From an uncultured Gemmatimonadales bacterium (GTDB taxonomy: Bacteria > Gemmatimonadota > Gemmatimonadetes > Gemmatimonadales > GWC2-71-9), in NCBI GenBank assembly GCA_963825055.1, contig CAWGSK010000009.1:1-64000 (forward strand): a stretch of DNA of 64,000 nt. Direction: 5' to 3'. A program made the translations under genes and the position numbers. Position 1 is the first letter of the stretch. Every line of letters begins with the position of its first letter. Below are positions 62,640 through 64,000 of this stretch, in pieces. Under the pieces are notes generated by a model, which made no database searches, was not told the DNA's origin, and saw only the letters and a program-made list of their open reading frames with translations.

Positions 62640-62786
62640 GCAGACGTCCGGCTGTCCGCCGGACAGGAAAAGTGGCAGGTCGAAGAAGAGTGGAGCGGGC
62701 GCTCGGCCCGTTTCCAGTGACTCAGGGGGCGACCTGTCACCTCTCTACGCCAGCGGCCCGTGCATCGCACGGGCCGCTGGCATTTT
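62640..62786 (+). ncRNA. Candidate sigma54-dependent small RNA (about 147 nt, three stem-loops)
   Basis: SL1 62646-62664, SL2 62672-62740, and SL3, a 15-bp perfect stem 62749-62781 followed by ATTTT. No credible ORF. Confidence 0.55.
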
Positions 62787-62806
62787 CACCTGCGGGGGCC
62801 GGGGGG

Positions 62807-64000
62807 TCAGTGGCGGATGGTCTCGTGTTTCACGAGCAGGGTCTTGAGTCGCTCCACCTCCGAGCGCAGCTCCGCGAGGTCGGCGTCCATCCGTTCGAGC
62901 GAGCGGATCATGTCACGCACCTCAACCGGGGATCCGGCCACGGACTCCGGTGCGGGAACCGCGGCATCGGGACGGGCCGCATCCACGCCGCGACGCCGCG
63001 GCTCGATCAGGAACGTCCACACCAGCGCCGCCACAAGCAGGACCACGAGCATGCCCTGCACTGTGAGCGATTCGACGGTGGGGTAGATCCCGAGCGCCGG
63101 CACCCTGGGGCCACGGGGAACGATCGTAAGCGGGACAAGGCCGCCTTCCTGGAGCTCGGCGATGCCCTGCCCCGCAAACACGAAGGCCATGTAGTAGAGG
63201 AACCCGCCCGTCAGGCCGAAGAAGGGCTTGAGCGGCAGGCGCACACCGAACCGGTTGATCGCGACATAGACCACGGCAAGCACGGCACCACCCGCCAGCA
63301 TGCCGGAGACGACCGGAACCGCCGCCGAGCCCGGGCCGCCGGCCACGAAGAGCGCCTTGTAGAACAGCACCGTCTCGAACCCCTCGCGATACACCGCCAG
63401 GAAGGCGACCGAGGCAAGGGCAAGCGCCGAACCGCTGGTCAGCGCGTCCTGCACCTTCCCCTTCACGAACCGGTTCCACTTGGCCACTTCCATCTTGGAC
63501 AGCAGCCAGTAGCTCACGTAGAAGAGGACGACCGTCGCCACGACCATCGTCAGGCCCTCCAGGGCCTCCCGGCGGGCGGGCGTGATCTCGATCAGGGTTT
63601 CGAGGACCGCGGCGGTGAGGAGGCTGGCCAGGATGGCGGCCCCCACGCCGATGTGCACGTCTCGCCGCCGGTGGCCTGCGCCCATCTTCACCAGCATCGC
63701 CACCAGCGCGCCGATGATGAGGATCGCCTCGAGCCCCTCGCGCAGCATGATCACGAATGACTGCGACATCAGGTTGAACCCCGAGAGGGGCTCCCCGATC
63801 GTGCGCTCCGCCTTTTCGAGGTCCGCCGCGAGCTGGAGGTTGATCGCGTGCAGTTCGCCCGCCGTCGCACCGCCCACGGCACGTGTGCGGAAGGAGGCGA
63901 AGCCGGTTTCCAGGTCGCCCACGAGGCCGGCATTTTTCGCCCGGACCCGCGGCTCCACCGCCTCGAACGTCATATAGGCATCGAACGCCATGCTGCTGGC
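62807..64000 (-). CDS. FTR1 family high-affinity iron permease (5' end outside the window)
   Basis: Two RExxE motifs (REGLEA, REGFET), multiple TMs and ELQE. Confidence 0.92.
   Translation of the reverse strand, partial: ASSMAFDAYMTFEAVEPRVRAKNAGLVGDLETGFASFRTRAVGGATAGELHAINLQLAADLEKAERTIGEPLSGFNLMSQSFVIMLREGLEAILIIGALVAMLVKMGAGHRRRDVHIGVGAAILASLLTAAVLETLIEITPARREALEGLTMVVATVVLFYVSYWLLSKMEVAKWNRFVKGKVQDALTSGSALALASVAFLAVYREGFETVLFYKALFVAGGPGSAAVPVVSGMLAGGAVLAVVYVAINRFGVRLPLKPFFGLTGGFLYYMAFVFAGQGIAELQEGGLVPLTIVPRGPRVPALGIYPTVESLTVQGMLVVLLVAALVWTFLIEPRRRGVDAARPDAAVPAPESVAGSPVEVRDMIRSLERMDADLAELRSEVERLKTLLVKHETIRH

Noticed and set aside
62640..62786. Identification of the sRNA candidate as 6S, SRP, tmRNA or RNase P RNA
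   Set aside because: No SRP domain IV motif, no tRNA-like ends, and not a single full-length rod as in 6S; left unassigned.

Overview
High-GC bacterial chromosome segment; gene content and order suggest Gemmatimonadota (inference, not verified). Contents in order: the end of a PEP-CTERM/XrtA-type exopolysaccharide locus (FkbH-like, ACP, deacetylases, GNAT, DegT-like, FemAB-like); a four-helix-bundle (TIGR02436/23S-IVP/Avd-like) gene; four tandem paralogous PEP-CTERM proteins with sigma54/IHF-type promoters; two HpsJ-like membrane proteins; a TonB/Oar-like receptor; VanZ and an NtrY/NtrX-like two-component system; HNH, argR, PBP1A, tyrS; a glycosyltransferase/MsbA/PorX-like/heptosyltransferase cluster; a housekeeping run (yebC-ruvCAB-queA-tgt-yajC-def-fmt-thiESG-rsmB-PASTA-rpe-tlpA-tsaD-lgt); and a partial FTR1 iron permease. 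The main unexplained structure is a set of 15 intergenic bipartite elements built from 7- or 8-nt tandem repeats. Each has a G-rich arm on the left and a C-rich arm on the right, whatever the orientation of the flanking genes. One element encloses the four-helix-bundle gene and the others are empty. Other signals: a candidate sigma54-dependent three-stem sRNA after lgt, widespread leaderless TANNNT promoters, three probable CTG starts, and several frameshifts that are probably assembly errors. No rRNA, tRNA, CRISPR array or IS transposase was recognised.
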